Source: Dehalococcoidia bacterium
GTDB taxonomy: Bacteria; Chloroflexota; Dehalococcoidia; Bin125
Assembly (NCBI GenBank): GCA_963577225.1
Contig: CAUYZA010000001.1
Coordinates: forward strand, 1 to 39,918
Reading direction: 5' to 3'
DNA length: 39,918 nucleotides
Shown: positions 1 to 8,896 of the stretch, piece after piece
How positions within the stretch are numbered: the first letter of the stretch is position 1
Layout: every line of letters begins with the position of its first letter
Program-made: the position numbers and the translations under genes
The notes under the pieces: generated by a model
What the model was told of the DNA's origin: nothing
Database searches by the model: none
What the model saw: only the letters and a program-made list of their open reading frames with translations

Positions 1-487
1 CGCCCAGGGAGTAGGCAACGCCTCGACTCCCCCCGAGGATTGCCCAAATGCCCCAGGCGATCGCCACGACGGCCACGACTACCAAGGAGACGAAGGGGCG
101 GTACTGGTAGGCGAGGAGGACAGCAAGCGCGATCCCACTGAGCATGATCGAGCCGCTGTAGCGGCTATTGCCGACCGCCGCTCGGGCCGCTTGCCAGCGG
201 GACGGTGGCCCCGGCGGGACCTTGAGGGACTCTGAAGTCGGTTCGGCGGCGGGCGGCTCGGGTCTGGCGAGCCACTCCGGATCGTCACGGAGGGCCGTCT
301 CTTCGCGGCGGAGGCGGAGCGTCACGCCCTCGTCCCCAGTTTCCGCCTGGTAGTCGGCGGCCGACAGCTTCGCTTCGCACTGCTCGCAGGTGCTCGCGCC
401 GTCGGGATCTGCTGTGCTGCACTGGGAACACCGAAGTATCGAGCACCCCCAACCGACGGGGGCACGGTAGCTCAGGGCGACAAACAA
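1..487 (-). CDS. Partial CDS (3' end lies beyond the window start): hypothetical membrane protein with an N-terminal zinc ribbon
   Basis: It is absent from the ORF track because it runs off the window edge. Hand translation of the minus strand from TTG (487-485) gives FVALSYRAPVGWGCSILRCSQCSTADPDGASTCEQCEAKLSAADYQ...RYSGSIMLSGIALAVLLAYQYRPFVSLVVVAVVAIAWGIWAILGG, with no stop down to base 2. It has a CxxC-x10-CxxC motif, two hydrophobic helices and G/C-rich third codon positions. The start codon is uncertain: TTG is the only canonical start after the upstream in-frame TAA. Confidence 0.45.
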   Translation of the reverse strand, partial: MFVALSYRAPVGWGCSILRCSQCSTADPDGASTCEQCEAKLSAADYQAETGDEGVTLRLRREETALRDDPEWLARPEPPAAEPTSESLKVPPGPPSRWQAARAAVGNSRYSGSIMLSGIALAVLLAYQYRPFVSLVVVAVVAIAWGIWAILGGSRGVAYSLG

Positions 488-578
488 GTTCTCTTATTGA
501 TCATTGCCGAAGCTTGTATGCATGCGGAAACGCTACGGCCCATAGATCTTCGCGAGAAGATCGGCCTGTGGCACCGGT

Positions 579-1847
579 TCAGTCGAAGGCCCCCTCGACC
601 AAGAGCTCGGTGAACTCCTCGTCCGACAGACCGACGATGGTCTTCCAGACGTGGTCGTTGTCGGCGCCGAGGGTGGGGGCCGCCTTGGTCAGTTCGCCGG
701 GGGTGTGAGTGAGGCGGAAGCTGGGGCCATCGTAGCAGCACGGCCCCATCGTGGGGTGGTCCAGGGTCCAGTAGTGCTTGCGGTGCGCGAGCTGTGGGTC
801 GTTGCGCAAGTCCTCGCTGCTTTGCACGACGCCGGCCGCGACGCCCGACTCCTGCAGCGCCTGCATCAGATCCTCGGCCTGCCAGCGTTGTGTGTGCTGC
901 GCCAGCGCGGCCTCCAGGTCGTCCTGATTGATTAGGCGACCGTCCTGATTGTTGAAGCGGTCGTCCCAACGCAATGAGTCGTCGCCCAGCACGGTGCAGA
1001 GCGCGTCCCAGTCGTCATCGTCGAAGCAGGCGATAGCGATCCAACGTTCGTTGTCGCTATCACCATCGTCGCTATTGGCGCTATCGCTGTTGGCTCCGGG
1101 GTCACGCGGAAGGCACGGAAAAGCGCCGTGGGGAGCGGCCATGGGGTGGCGGTTGCCCTGTCGATGCTGCTCACGGGCGTTGACCGTGTAGTCAAGCACC
1201 AGCGTCTCGGTCGCGTAGATGGCAGCCTCGAGCTGACCGAAGTCGATGAACTGACCCTCGCCGGTGCGCTCGCGATGGTCGAGCGCGGCGATCAGCGCGA
1301 TGGCGGCCAGGTGGGGCACAAAAAAGTCGGTGTAGGCCAGGCCGGTGCCGATCGGTTCGCCGTCGCGGTAGCCGGTCATGTGGTTGATTCCGGCCGCCGC
1401 CTGCAAGACGTGGCCGAAGCCCTGGTACATCGACCAGGGGCCGGTCTGCCCGTAGAGCGGCATCGAGATCATGATGATGTCGGGCTTGATCTCGCGTAGG
1501 TTGTCGTAGGTCAGGCCCCAGGCGCGCATCGCCTTGGGCGTGAACGACTCCGTCACGATGTCGGACTGGGCAATGATCCGCTTGGCCAGGTCTACCGCGC
1601 GCGGATGGCTCATGTTGAGTCCCGCGCAGAGCTTGGAACTGTTGAAGTTTGCGTAGTAGCCGCTGTTGTCGAGACCGGGTTCGTCGTTGACGAACGGCGG
1701 CGCGCGACGCAACGCCTCGGGCCGCGTGCCCGACTCCAGGCGGATCGTCTCGGCACCGTGGTCGGCCAGGTACTTGGCCACGAGCGGTCCCACGCCGACC
1801 CAGGAGAAGTCGGCGATGCGGATGCCGTCGAACGCGCGCTCGCTCAT
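579..1847 (-). CDS. Family III CoA-transferase (CaiB/BaiF type)
   Basis: This 422-aa ORF has an N-terminus, FDGIRIADFSWVGVGPLVAKYLADHGAETIRLE, typical of CaiB/BaiF CoA-transferases. It sits 4 nt downstream of a paralog. Confidence 0.85.
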   Translation of the reverse strand: MSERAFDGIRIADFSWVGVGPLVAKYLADHGAETIRLESGTRPEALRRAPPFVNDEPGLDNSGYYANFNSSKLCAGLNMSHPRAVDLAKRIIAQSDIVTESFTPKAMRAWGLTYDNLREIKPDIIMISMPLYGQTGPWSMYQGFGHVLQAAAGINHMTGYRDGEPIGTGLAYTDFFVPHLAAIALIAALDHRERTGEGQFIDFGQLEAAIYATETLVLDYTVNAREQHRQGNRHPMAAPHGAFPCLPRDPGANSDSANSDDGDSDNERWIAIACFDDDDWDALCTVLGDDSLRWDDRFNNQDGRLINQDDLEAALAQHTQRWQAEDLMQALQESGVAAGVVQSSEDLRNDPQLAHRKHYWTLDHPTMGPCCYDGPSFRLTHTPGELTKAAPTLGADNDHVWKTIVGLSDEEFTELLVEGAFD

Positions 1848-1851
1848 ATCG

Positions 1852-3138
1852 CTAAATCACTCCGCTGCCGCTGTGCGCGGCGAACTGCTCAGCGCTGAGA
1901 TTAAGCAAACCAAGAAAAACCTCGTCGTTGTGCTCACCGATGCGGGGGGCGCGACGCCGGATCGTGATCGGCGTCTCGCTCAGCTTGGCCCAGGGGCCGG
2001 GGTAGGTGAAAGTGCGGTCGAGTTCCTCGTGCCGCACGTCGGTCCAGTACTCGCGCGCGATGAGCTGTTCGTTTTCGAGCAGGTCCTTGGGCGTATTAAC
2101 CGGAGCCCAGCCGTTGCGGATCGCCTGGGCCTCGCGCATCAGCAAGTCGCGCGGGTGCTGCGCGATGAAGGCAGCCAGCACATCGGCGAGGTGCTGCCCG
2201 TCCTCCGGGCTGAGCGGAGGGATGACGCCCTGCGACGCATCCAGCTTGGCCACCCAGCCCGGCTCGACCAGGTCTTGGGCGGCGTCATGGGAGGCCAGCC
2301 AGTCGATCGTCTGCCTGGCCGTGAGGCCGAAGAGGCCGCCGTAGCTCATCGCCGACATGTGTCCGTCGGCGGCGGGGTAGATGTAGCGGCCGAACTTGTA
2401 ACCGCCGATGTTCCTGCCATTGCCGGGGCGGGGGATGTTGACCTCGCGCAGATCCCACGTCGCCATGGCATTGTCGAGCGCGTAGGTCGCGGCCTCCTGC
2501 AACGACTGATCGACGTGCTGGCCCTGGCCGGTCCGGGTGCGATGGAAGTGCGCGATCATCGTGCCGACGGTGGCCTGCAATGACGCCTGTGCGTAGGCCT
2601 GCGAAACGGTGGGCCGCAGCGGCTCGCGCTCGGGGTCGCCGTTGAGGTACATCTGGCCACCCATGGCTGCGCCGATCAGGTCGGAGCCGCGCCAGTTAGC
2701 GTAAGGCCCGCTCTGCCCGAAGGGCGTAATCGACGTGTGGACGATGGCGGGGTTGACGGCGCTAAGGTCGTCGTAGCCGAGCCCGAGCTGGTCGAGCATG
2801 CCGGGCGGCGCCGTGTCGACGACGAAGTCGGCCAACTCGACGAGCCGCAGGAAGAGCGCGCGGCCCTCCTCGTCGGCGATGTTGCAGGTGATGCCACGCT
2901 TATTGGCGTTGAACATCCACCAGTGCAGCGAGCGTTCGGGGTCGGACTCATCGTTGTAGAAAGGCGTGATCCAGCGCGAGGGGTCGCCGCCGGGCGGCTC
3001 GACCTTGATCACGTCGGCGCCGAGGTCGCCTAGCAGGCGACCGCTGAGCTGGCCCAGCTCATTGGTCAGGTCGAGCACGCGGAAGGGCGCGAGCGGACCT
3101 GGTGCGTCGATGCGGGTGAAGCTGTCGGCGGAGACCAT
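1852..3138 (-). CDS. Family III CoA-transferase (CaiB/BaiF type), paralog
   Basis: This 428-aa ORF has the CoA-transferase III N-terminal signature region FRVLDLTNELGQLSGRLLGDLGADVIKVEPPGGDPSRW. Confidence 0.85.
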   Translation of the reverse strand: MVSADSFTRIDAPGPLAPFRVLDLTNELGQLSGRLLGDLGADVIKVEPPGGDPSRWITPFYNDESDPERSLHWWMFNANKRGITCNIADEEGRALFLRLVELADFVVDTAPPGMLDQLGLGYDDLSAVNPAIVHTSITPFGQSGPYANWRGSDLIGAAMGGQMYLNGDPEREPLRPTVSQAYAQASLQATVGTMIAHFHRTRTGQGQHVDQSLQEAATYALDNAMATWDLREVNIPRPGNGRNIGGYKFGRYIYPAADGHMSAMSYGGLFGLTARQTIDWLASHDAAQDLVEPGWVAKLDASQGVIPPLSPEDGQHLADVLAAFIAQHPRDLLMREAQAIRNGWAPVNTPKDLLENEQLIAREYWTDVRHEELDRTFTYPGPWAKLSETPITIRRRAPRIGEHNDEVFLGLLNLSAEQFAAHSGSGVI

Positions 3139-3209
3139 GCGGGGGAGTCTAGAGGCACTCGGGCGTTCAAGGCAGGCCAGCAGACTCGAGCTGGGCTAGG
3201 GTCCGAAGC

Positions 3210-4268
3210 ATGCAACGAGTGCTGGCCCAAGCGATCGACGCGGGCGTGCTGCGCTGGACCGTGCGACGCGCCCAACTGCGTCGACGGACGCTTTGGCCCG
3301 ACCCTGCCTCCCTCAACGCCTTGCGCGCGGGTGCCTGGGGCCCGCTCAACTTCGACGATCCGGGCCAGCCGGTCGAAGTCGAGCTTGAGCCCGCCGCAGT
3401 TCGAGGCAGGCCCTGGCTGCAGTCTCTGCAGGGGCGCTCGCTGCGCGGCGCGCCGGCCGATTACACGTTCCGCTTCGCGTCGTCGGAGCCGTTCGCACGG
3501 GCGCATGACCAGTTCGTGCACGGCGACCTCTTCCTGCCAGAACGGGACGTGCGTGGGGCGGTGGTGATGGTGCCAGGCGCGTTCACGGGGGCGCACTACG
3601 GCACCGAGCGAGGCTTCTATGCGCGGCTAGCGCAGGGCTTCAACAGTGCCGGCATCGCTGCGGCACTGCTGGATTCGCCGCTGCACGGTCGACGTGTGGC
3701 GTCGGGCGAGATCAGCGGCCACGACCTGTTGCACGGCGATCTCTTTACGTATGCACTCGGCATCGCGCAGGCCGTACGCGACGTCCGCTCGACACTGGGC
3801 TGGCTCTCAGCCAACTATGGGCCAACGGGCTACTGGGGCATCAGCCTGGGCGGCCTGGTGGGGTCGCTGCTGGCCTCCCACGACGCACGACCGGCGTTCG
3901 CAGTTCTGCTGCAGCCGCCGCTGCGACGGAAACGTGGAATGGGGTCGGCCTTGACGCGGGTCTGGCGCGAGCAGTTGGTCGAAAGCGGTGTGACGGACGA
4001 CGACATCAACTCCGTCTTCGGGATGCTGCGGCCCGGGCCTGCGCCGGTCTGCGGGGCGGAGCGGGTGCTGATCCAGGCATCGCGCTGGGACACCGTGTCG
4101 GCGGCGGCGGAGATCGAGCGGGTCTGGGAGGAGTGGGGCCGGCCCGCCATCTCCTGGTGGGACCACGGCCACGTCTCCATGTTCCTCTCCGCCGAGGCCC
4201 TGATCTTCGAGGCGGTAGGCTTCGGCGACTCGCAGATCGTACGGCAGGCGCAAGCCGCCGCGCGCTAG
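3210..4268 (+). CDS. Alpha/beta-fold hydrolase
   Basis: This 352-aa ORF starts at ATG 3210. It has a GxSxG nucleophile elbow (YWGISLGGLVGS) and a late DHGH that could supply the catalytic His. It is divergent from the CoA-transferase pair. Confidence 0.65.
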   Translation: MQRVLAQAIDAGVLRWTVRRAQLRRRTLWPDPASLNALRAGAWGPLNFDDPGQPVEVELEPAAVRGRPWLQSLQGRSLRGAPADYTFRFASSEPFARAHDQFVHGDLFLPERDVRGAVVMVPGAFTGAHYGTERGFYARLAQGFNSAGIAAALLDSPLHGRRVASGEISGHDLLHGDLFTYALGIAQAVRDVRSTLGWLSANYGPTGYWGISLGGLVGSLLASHDARPAFAVLLQPPLRRKRGMGSALTRVWREQLVESGVTDDDINSVFGMLRPGPAPVCGAERVLIQASRWDTVSAAAEIERVWEEWGRPAISWWDHGHVSMFLSAEALIFEAVGFGDSQIVRQAQAAAR

Positions 4269-4312
4269 GAACAGGCTCCCTCGTGGCTGCCGACGCCCTC
4301 AGCTTCCGTGTC

Positions 4313-4945
4313 ATGACCGCTGCCGATGTCGAATCGATGCCGCTTGATCACCAGGGCACGGCCGACGAAGTCTTGGCCCGGATTGACGACCTGGGCTCGG
4401 CAGCCGCACTGGTCTTCGATGGCTCCCAGCACGTGGGGCAGTTGCAGTTCCGTCGCTACGAGCCCGGGCTGCGCTCTCCAAACGGACTGCACGACCCGCT
4501 TTACTGGGGCGACTTTCATGCAATCGCCGCACCCGCCCTAGCGGATCGCACGCTCAATCTCTTCTGCTACCACGTGGGGCAACTTGCGACAGGCGACGAG
4601 CGCGACACGCGCTATCAGGGACGCGGGATCGGCGCGGGCCTGCTCGACGCAGTGATCGACTGGGCGGACGCACGGCGGATCGAGGCGATCGTGGCCAAGG
4701 CCGTCCCCGCCGTGCGGGCAGTCGCCGTCTTCATGGGCGGACAGCCAGCCGCCGTCTACGCGGAGCGCGGCTTCGAGATCGTGGCGCGCTGGCAGGACGT
4801 AGATCTGTTCGCGCACCTCGAGCAGACGATGAACGACGACTCGCCGCTCGGCGTCGAGCTGCAGCGGCTCGTCGAATCCGGCGAAGGCCTTGCTGCGGCG
4901 AGCGAAGTCGCGATCTGCGTGCGTCGCCGCCCGAGCGGGAGTTAG
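4313..4945 (+). CDS. GNAT-family N-acetyltransferase
   Basis: The ORF-track frame 4133..4945 contains the GNAT motif A, YQGRGIGAGLLDAVIDWA. ATG at 4313 (MTAADVESM...) clears the upstream hydrolase stop at 4268. An in-frame GTG at 4283 is an alternative start. Confidence 0.7.
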   Translation: MTAADVESMPLDHQGTADEVLARIDDLGSAAALVFDGSQHVGQLQFRRYEPGLRSPNGLHDPLYWGDFHAIAAPALADRTLNLFCYHVGQLATGDERDTRYQGRGIGAGLLDAVIDWADARRIEAIVAKAVPAVRAVAVFMGGQPAAVYAERGFEIVARWQDVDLFAHLEQTMNDDSPLGVELQRLVESGEGLAAASEVAICVRRRPSGS

Positions 4946-5391
4946 GATCCCAGCAGCTCTTCGATTTGGTGCTGGTGTTCGCGGTCGTGGTCGGCGGTGC
5001 CCTCAAGGAAGCTCATGACGCTCCACTCTTGGCCGCCGGCAGGGTTGGGAACAGCGAGACGGTAGAACGAATCTTCCTCGATGCCATCGACGCTGGCCAT
5101 GTGCGCAGCGCGCGACTCAGAGAGGGCGTCGATTACCGCAGCGGCCGTCTCCAAGGCGGGCGACTCGGGGATCTCAGGGTCATCCTCGCCCAGCAGCCGC
5201 TTAATCCCGCGCGTATGGCCCCACTCAGCCTGAACGATGTGCTGCAAGACGCCACGGACCGACCAGGCCCCGCGCCGTCCGACGTCGAGATCGGCGTCGC
5301 TCAGGCTACCGACCATGAGCAGAAGCTCGTTGCGAGCAGCGTCGACATCGACAAGGACGCGTTGGCAGTCTTGTTCGAATTCGGATGGCAT
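4942..5391 (-). CDS. DinB-family (metal-dependent four-helix bundle) protein
   Basis: This 149-aa ORF has a His triad pattern (VLQHIVQAEWGH ... DHDREHQHQIEELL) typical of DinB/MDMPI-N-like proteins. Its stop overlaps the convergent GNAT stop (TTAG at 4942-4945). Confidence 0.75.
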   Translation of the reverse strand: MPSEFEQDCQRVLVDVDAARNELLLMVGSLSDADLDVGRRGAWSVRGVLQHIVQAEWGHTRGIKRLLGEDDPEIPESPALETAAAVIDALSESRAAHMASVDGIEEDSFYRLAVPNPAGGQEWSVMSFLEGTADHDREHQHQIEELLGS

Positions 5392-5770
5392 GGGACCTCT
5401 TTCCTGGCTTCGCCTGACCCCGCCAGGCGGGGAGGTCGAAGTCTAGTGGTCGCGGGCGTCGAGTGTTGTCGGGCGAAGGATGTCGATGCAGCCGCTAGGG
5501 AGCGAAGTCGTGGCTGGTCAGCCCGCCGACGGCGGGTGGCACGCTCTTTCAAAAGGGCATCTCGCCGGCAAACAGCGGGAAATCGACGTGATGGTCGTTC
5601 ACGATCCGCATGCTGCGGCCAGCCGCCACAACGCTGGGTGCGCCGCGCTGCCTCGATCGCGTCGCGACCAGTGCCGTCTGGACGCCAGACAGGGAGAGGG
5701 TTCAGCACGCGCAGCGGGCTACGGCTGAGATGGGGCCGAGAAACGGGAACAGGGGTTAGGGTGTCCTCAG

Positions 5771-7078
5771 CTATGCCGACTCACGGTTGACCCTATCAGC
5801 AGCCTCGTTCGGATCAGCCGCGCGTGGGCGGGCGGAGTGGGCGACAGGGTGGTCGAAGGTCTGCGGTTCGGCCTCGACGACAGGATCTGGGCCAACCTCT
5901 TCGCGGGGTTGGGCCAATTCGTCGGCAATCCGGGCGCGCAGCTCGTCGATGCCCCATTTGGAGGCGGCGCTGGCGAGCACCGCGTCGGGCCGGGTGGCGG
6001 CGAGTTGGTGACGCGCCTCCGCGAGATCGTCTAACGACCGGGGGTGCCCCGAGCCCTCGATCTCGATCTGGTCGGCCTTGTTGAGCACGGCCAGCACGGG
6101 GCGGTCGGCGATCCCCAGCGCGTCGAGCGTGTCCTCCACTGTTTGGGCCTGCTCGGCGGCGTCGGGGTGCGTGATGTCGACGACGTGGAGCAGCAAGTCG
6201 GCGTCGCCGATCTCCTCCAGCGTGGCGCGGAAGGCCATGATCAGGTGCGTGGGCAGCTTCTGGATGAAGCCAACGGTGTCGGTCAGCAGGATCGTCAGAT
6301 CGTCGTCGATCTGGCAGCGCCGGGTGACCGGGTCGAGCGTCTCGAAGAGGCGGTCGCGGGCGCCGACGTCGGCGTGGGTGAGCGTGTTCATCAGCGTGCT
6401 CTTCCCGGCGTTGGTGTAGCCAACAAGCGCGACGACGGGCAGGCCAGCCTTCTGTCGCCGGTCGCGGTAGCCGCGTCGATGATCGCGTACTTCCTGGATC
6501 TGCTGCTTGAGCCGCTTGATCTGGACGCGGATCAGCCGGCGGTCGGTTTCGAGTTGCGTCTCACCGGGCCCACGCAGGCCGATCGCGCCTTCCATGCGCT
6601 CCAGGTGGGACCACTGGCCACGCAGGCGTGGCAGCAGATACTCGTGCTGGGCCAGCGCGACCTGCAGCTTGCCCTCACGGGTGCGAGCGCGCTGGGCGAA
6701 GATGTCGAGAATCAACGCCGTGCGGTCGATCACCTTGACGCCGAGTCGGCCTTCCAGGCGCCGCTGCTGAGCGGGGCTGAGTTCATCGTCGAAGATGGCG
6801 ACGTTGTAGGGCTGCTCGACTTGGGAGTCGATGACTTCCTGGAGCTTGCCCTTACCGATGTAGGACCCAGGGTCGGGGTGCCGGAGTCGCTGCTTGAAGC
6901 GCGCGACGGGCCGAGCACCGGCCGTGCGGGCAAGCATGGCCAGCTCGTCGAGCGAGGCATCGGCGCTCCAATGCTGAGCGCGTGCCGAATCAACGGCGAT
7001 GAGAACGGCCCGCTCCTGAAGCGGATCGGTGCTGTAGGTACGGTGCCGCTTCTTCGCGATGACGGAAGTCCGTTCCAC
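5771..7078 (-). CDS. hflX: GTPase HflX
   Basis: The HflX N-domain is present (ERAVLIAV...SLDELAMLARTAGA...YIGKGKLQEV), followed by a GTPase domain (GYTNAGKSTLMN, DTVGF, NKAD). The 553-aa track ORF is over-extended and overlaps the divergent HIT gene. I place the start at the in-frame GTG at 7078-7076 (about 435 aa); the exact start is uncertain. Confidence 0.9.
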   Translation of the reverse strand: MERTSVIAKKRHRTYSTDPLQERAVLIAVDSARAQHWSADASLDELAMLARTAGARPVARFKQRLRHPDPGSYIGKGKLQEVIDSQVEQPYNVAIFDDELSPAQQRRLEGRLGVKVIDRTALILDIFAQRARTREGKLQVALAQHEYLLPRLRGQWSHLERMEGAIGLRGPGETQLETDRRLIRVQIKRLKQQIQEVRDHRRGYRDRRQKAGLPVVALVGYTNAGKSTLMNTLTHADVGARDRLFETLDPVTRRCQIDDDLTILLTDTVGFIQKLPTHLIMAFRATLEEIGDADLLLHVVDITHPDAAEQAQTVEDTLDALGIADRPVLAVLNKADQIEIEGSGHPRSLDDLAEARHQLAATRPDAVLASAASKWGIDELRARIADELAQPREEVGPDPVVEAEPQTFDHPVAHSARPRAADPNEAADRVNRESA

Positions 7079-7208
7079 TGGCTCTGGTGCCGTTCTCCGA
7101 AGGATACGGTGTGGACGAACCGGTGGTGGTCCGTGACTGTTGTGCCGGGCGCTACGCCGAGTGATCGATCGGTCGGCAAACGGCCAGCGCAAAAGGGAAG
7201 GTTCGGCG

Positions 7209-7656
7209 ATGGCGAGCCTCAACGAAACAGCCTGTGTGTTCTGCCAGGTGGTCGCTGGAGATGACGCGGCCAGCGTCGTTCTAGACGAAGAGCGAGTCAT
7301 GGCGTTCCTCGATCTGCGGCAGTCGAGCGAGGCCCACGTACTCGTGATCCCGAAGCCGCATCGGCGCGACCTACGCGAGATGGAGAGCAATTTAGCGGCG
7401 GAGATGATGGATGGCCATCGGCCGCATCGCACGCGCCGTGGACGAAGCGTTCAAGCCCGACGGGATGAATGTCTGGCACTCGATCGAAGAAGCCGCTGGC
7501 CAAGAAGTCTTCCACGCGCATTTCCACCTCCGGCCGCGCTGGCTGGGCGACGGCTTACTCGGGATCTACCCCGAGCCGCCCGCCTCCCCCAGCCGTGCAG
7601 AGTTGGACCGGCAGGCCCGCCGGATTCGAGACGCCCTTGGGTCCGTCCCGGGGTGA
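7209..7656 (+). pseudogene. HIT-family (histidine triad) hydrolase split by a 1-nt frame break near 7408-7413
   Basis: The N-terminal part, MASLNETACVFCQVVAGDDAASVVLDEERVMAFLDLRQSSEAHVLVIPKPH...LAAEMMD, is in the frame of ATG 7209 and has GGGAAGG upstream. The C-terminal part, AIGRIARAVDEAFKPDGMNVWHSIEEAAGQEVFHAHFHLRPR (HxHxH triad), is in the +1 frame (track ORF 7411..7656). The second frame has a TGA at 7405-7407, so the shift must occur within tggatg (7408-7413). Confidence 0.7.
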
Positions 7657-7660
7657 GCGC

Positions 7661-8824
7661 TCAAGCGTTGGTGAATTCGCCAATGCGCCGCACGCCCTCT
7701 TCGAGGTCGGCGTCGGGCACGGTCAGCGAGAGTCGGACGTAGCCCTCGCCGCTCGCCCCGAAGGCGGGTCCCGGCGTGACGACGACGTCCTTCTCTTCCA
7801 GCAGTCGGCTGGCGAACTCGGTACTGGTCTGCCCCTCAGGGACGCGGGCCCAGACGTAGAGGCTGGCCTTCGGCGAGGTCACCGTCAGACCGATCTTCTG
7901 GCAGGCGCCAACGACCCGGTCGCGGCGGTCCTGCAGCCGCGCGTTGTTGCGCACGATCAGGTCCTGATCAGCTTGCAGCGCGGCGATCGCCATTCGCTGG
8001 ATCGCCTGCGGGATCCCGCTGTCGATATTGGACTTGACCCGCATGAAGGCGTTGATCAACTCGGGGTTGCCAGCCGCCCAGGCGATCCGCCAGCCGGTCA
8101 TGTTCCAGGTCTTGGAGAAGCTGTAGAACTCAATCCCCACGTCGCGGGCGCCGTCCGTCTGCATAAAAGCCGGAGGCACATAGCCGTCGTAGGCGACGTC
8201 GGAGTATGCGTTGTCGTGGCAAACGACGATCTCGTGTTGCTGGGCGAAGGCGACGACGCGCTCGAAGAACTCCGGTGTGGCCGTCGCGCCGGTGGGGTTG
8301 TTGGGGTAGTTGAGCCATATCATTTTGGCGGCGTCGGCGACGTCGGCCGGGATGGCGTCGAGGTCGGGCAGGTACGCGTTCTGCTCGAGCAGCGGCATGA
8401 GGTGCGACGTGCCACCGGCGAACATCGTTCCGGTCTTGTAGACGGGGTAGCCGGGGTCGGGCACCAGAGCGATGTCGCCCGGGTCGATGAAGCAGAGCGG
8501 CAGGTGCGCGATGCCCTCCTTGGCACCGATCAGCGGCAGGATCTCGGTTTCCGGGCTAAAGGTCACACCGAAGCGATCCTGCATCCACTCGCTGATCGCC
8601 TGGCGCAACTCCGGCAACCCCTCGGACTCCGGGTAGCGATGGTTGGCCGGGTCATCGGCGGCGGTGTGGAGCGCTTGCAGGATGGGCCCGGGCGTGGGCA
8701 AGTCGGGGTCGCCGATGCCAAAGGTGATCACCTCGATCCCCTGGGCCCGCTTTTCGGCGATCTTGCGCGAGATCTCGACGAAGGGGTACGGCTCGAGCGA
8801 CTCGACGCGATTGGCGACCTGCAT
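7661..8824 (-). CDS. dapL: LL-diaminopimelate aminotransferase (class I/II aminotransferase fold)
   Basis: The sequence MQVANRVESLEPYPFVEISRKIAEKRAQGIEVITFGIGDPDLPTP ... NYPNNPTG ... YSFSKTWNMTGWRIAW is characteristic of the DapL family. The genomic context includes dapF and murE. I place the start at ATG 8824, inside the longer track ORF. Confidence 0.8.
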   Translation of the reverse strand: MQVANRVESLEPYPFVEISRKIAEKRAQGIEVITFGIGDPDLPTPGPILQALHTAADDPANHRYPESEGLPELRQAISEWMQDRFGVTFSPETEILPLIGAKEGIAHLPLCFIDPGDIALVPDPGYPVYKTGTMFAGGTSHLMPLLEQNAYLPDLDAIPADVADAAKMIWLNYPNNPTGATATPEFFERVVAFAQQHEIVVCHDNAYSDVAYDGYVPPAFMQTDGARDVGIEFYSFSKTWNMTGWRIAWAAGNPELINAFMRVKSNIDSGIPQAIQRMAIAALQADQDLIVRNNARLQDRRDRVVGACQKIGLTVTSPKASLYVWARVPEGQTSTEFASRLLEEKDVVVTPGPAFGASGEGYVRLSLTVPDADLEEGVRRIGEFTNA

Positions 8825-8896
8825 GGTGACTCTCTCCACGACACACGCCCGCAGCCTCTGCGGGCGTGGAGGCAATCTACGTGACGGTGTGGGCGC

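Noticed and set aside
4942-4945. Overlapping convergent stop codons of the GNAT and DinB genes (TTAG).
   Set aside because: The overlap is real, but it is a trivial consequence of tight packing and no further signal is attached to it.
5301-5708. A 135-aa minus-strand ORF and an 82-aa plus-strand ORF (5480..5728) in the dinB-hflX gap.
   Set aside because: The translations are Arg/Pro/Ala-rich. The first overlaps the DinB N-terminal coding region in another frame. Neither shows motifs or a ribosome-binding site.
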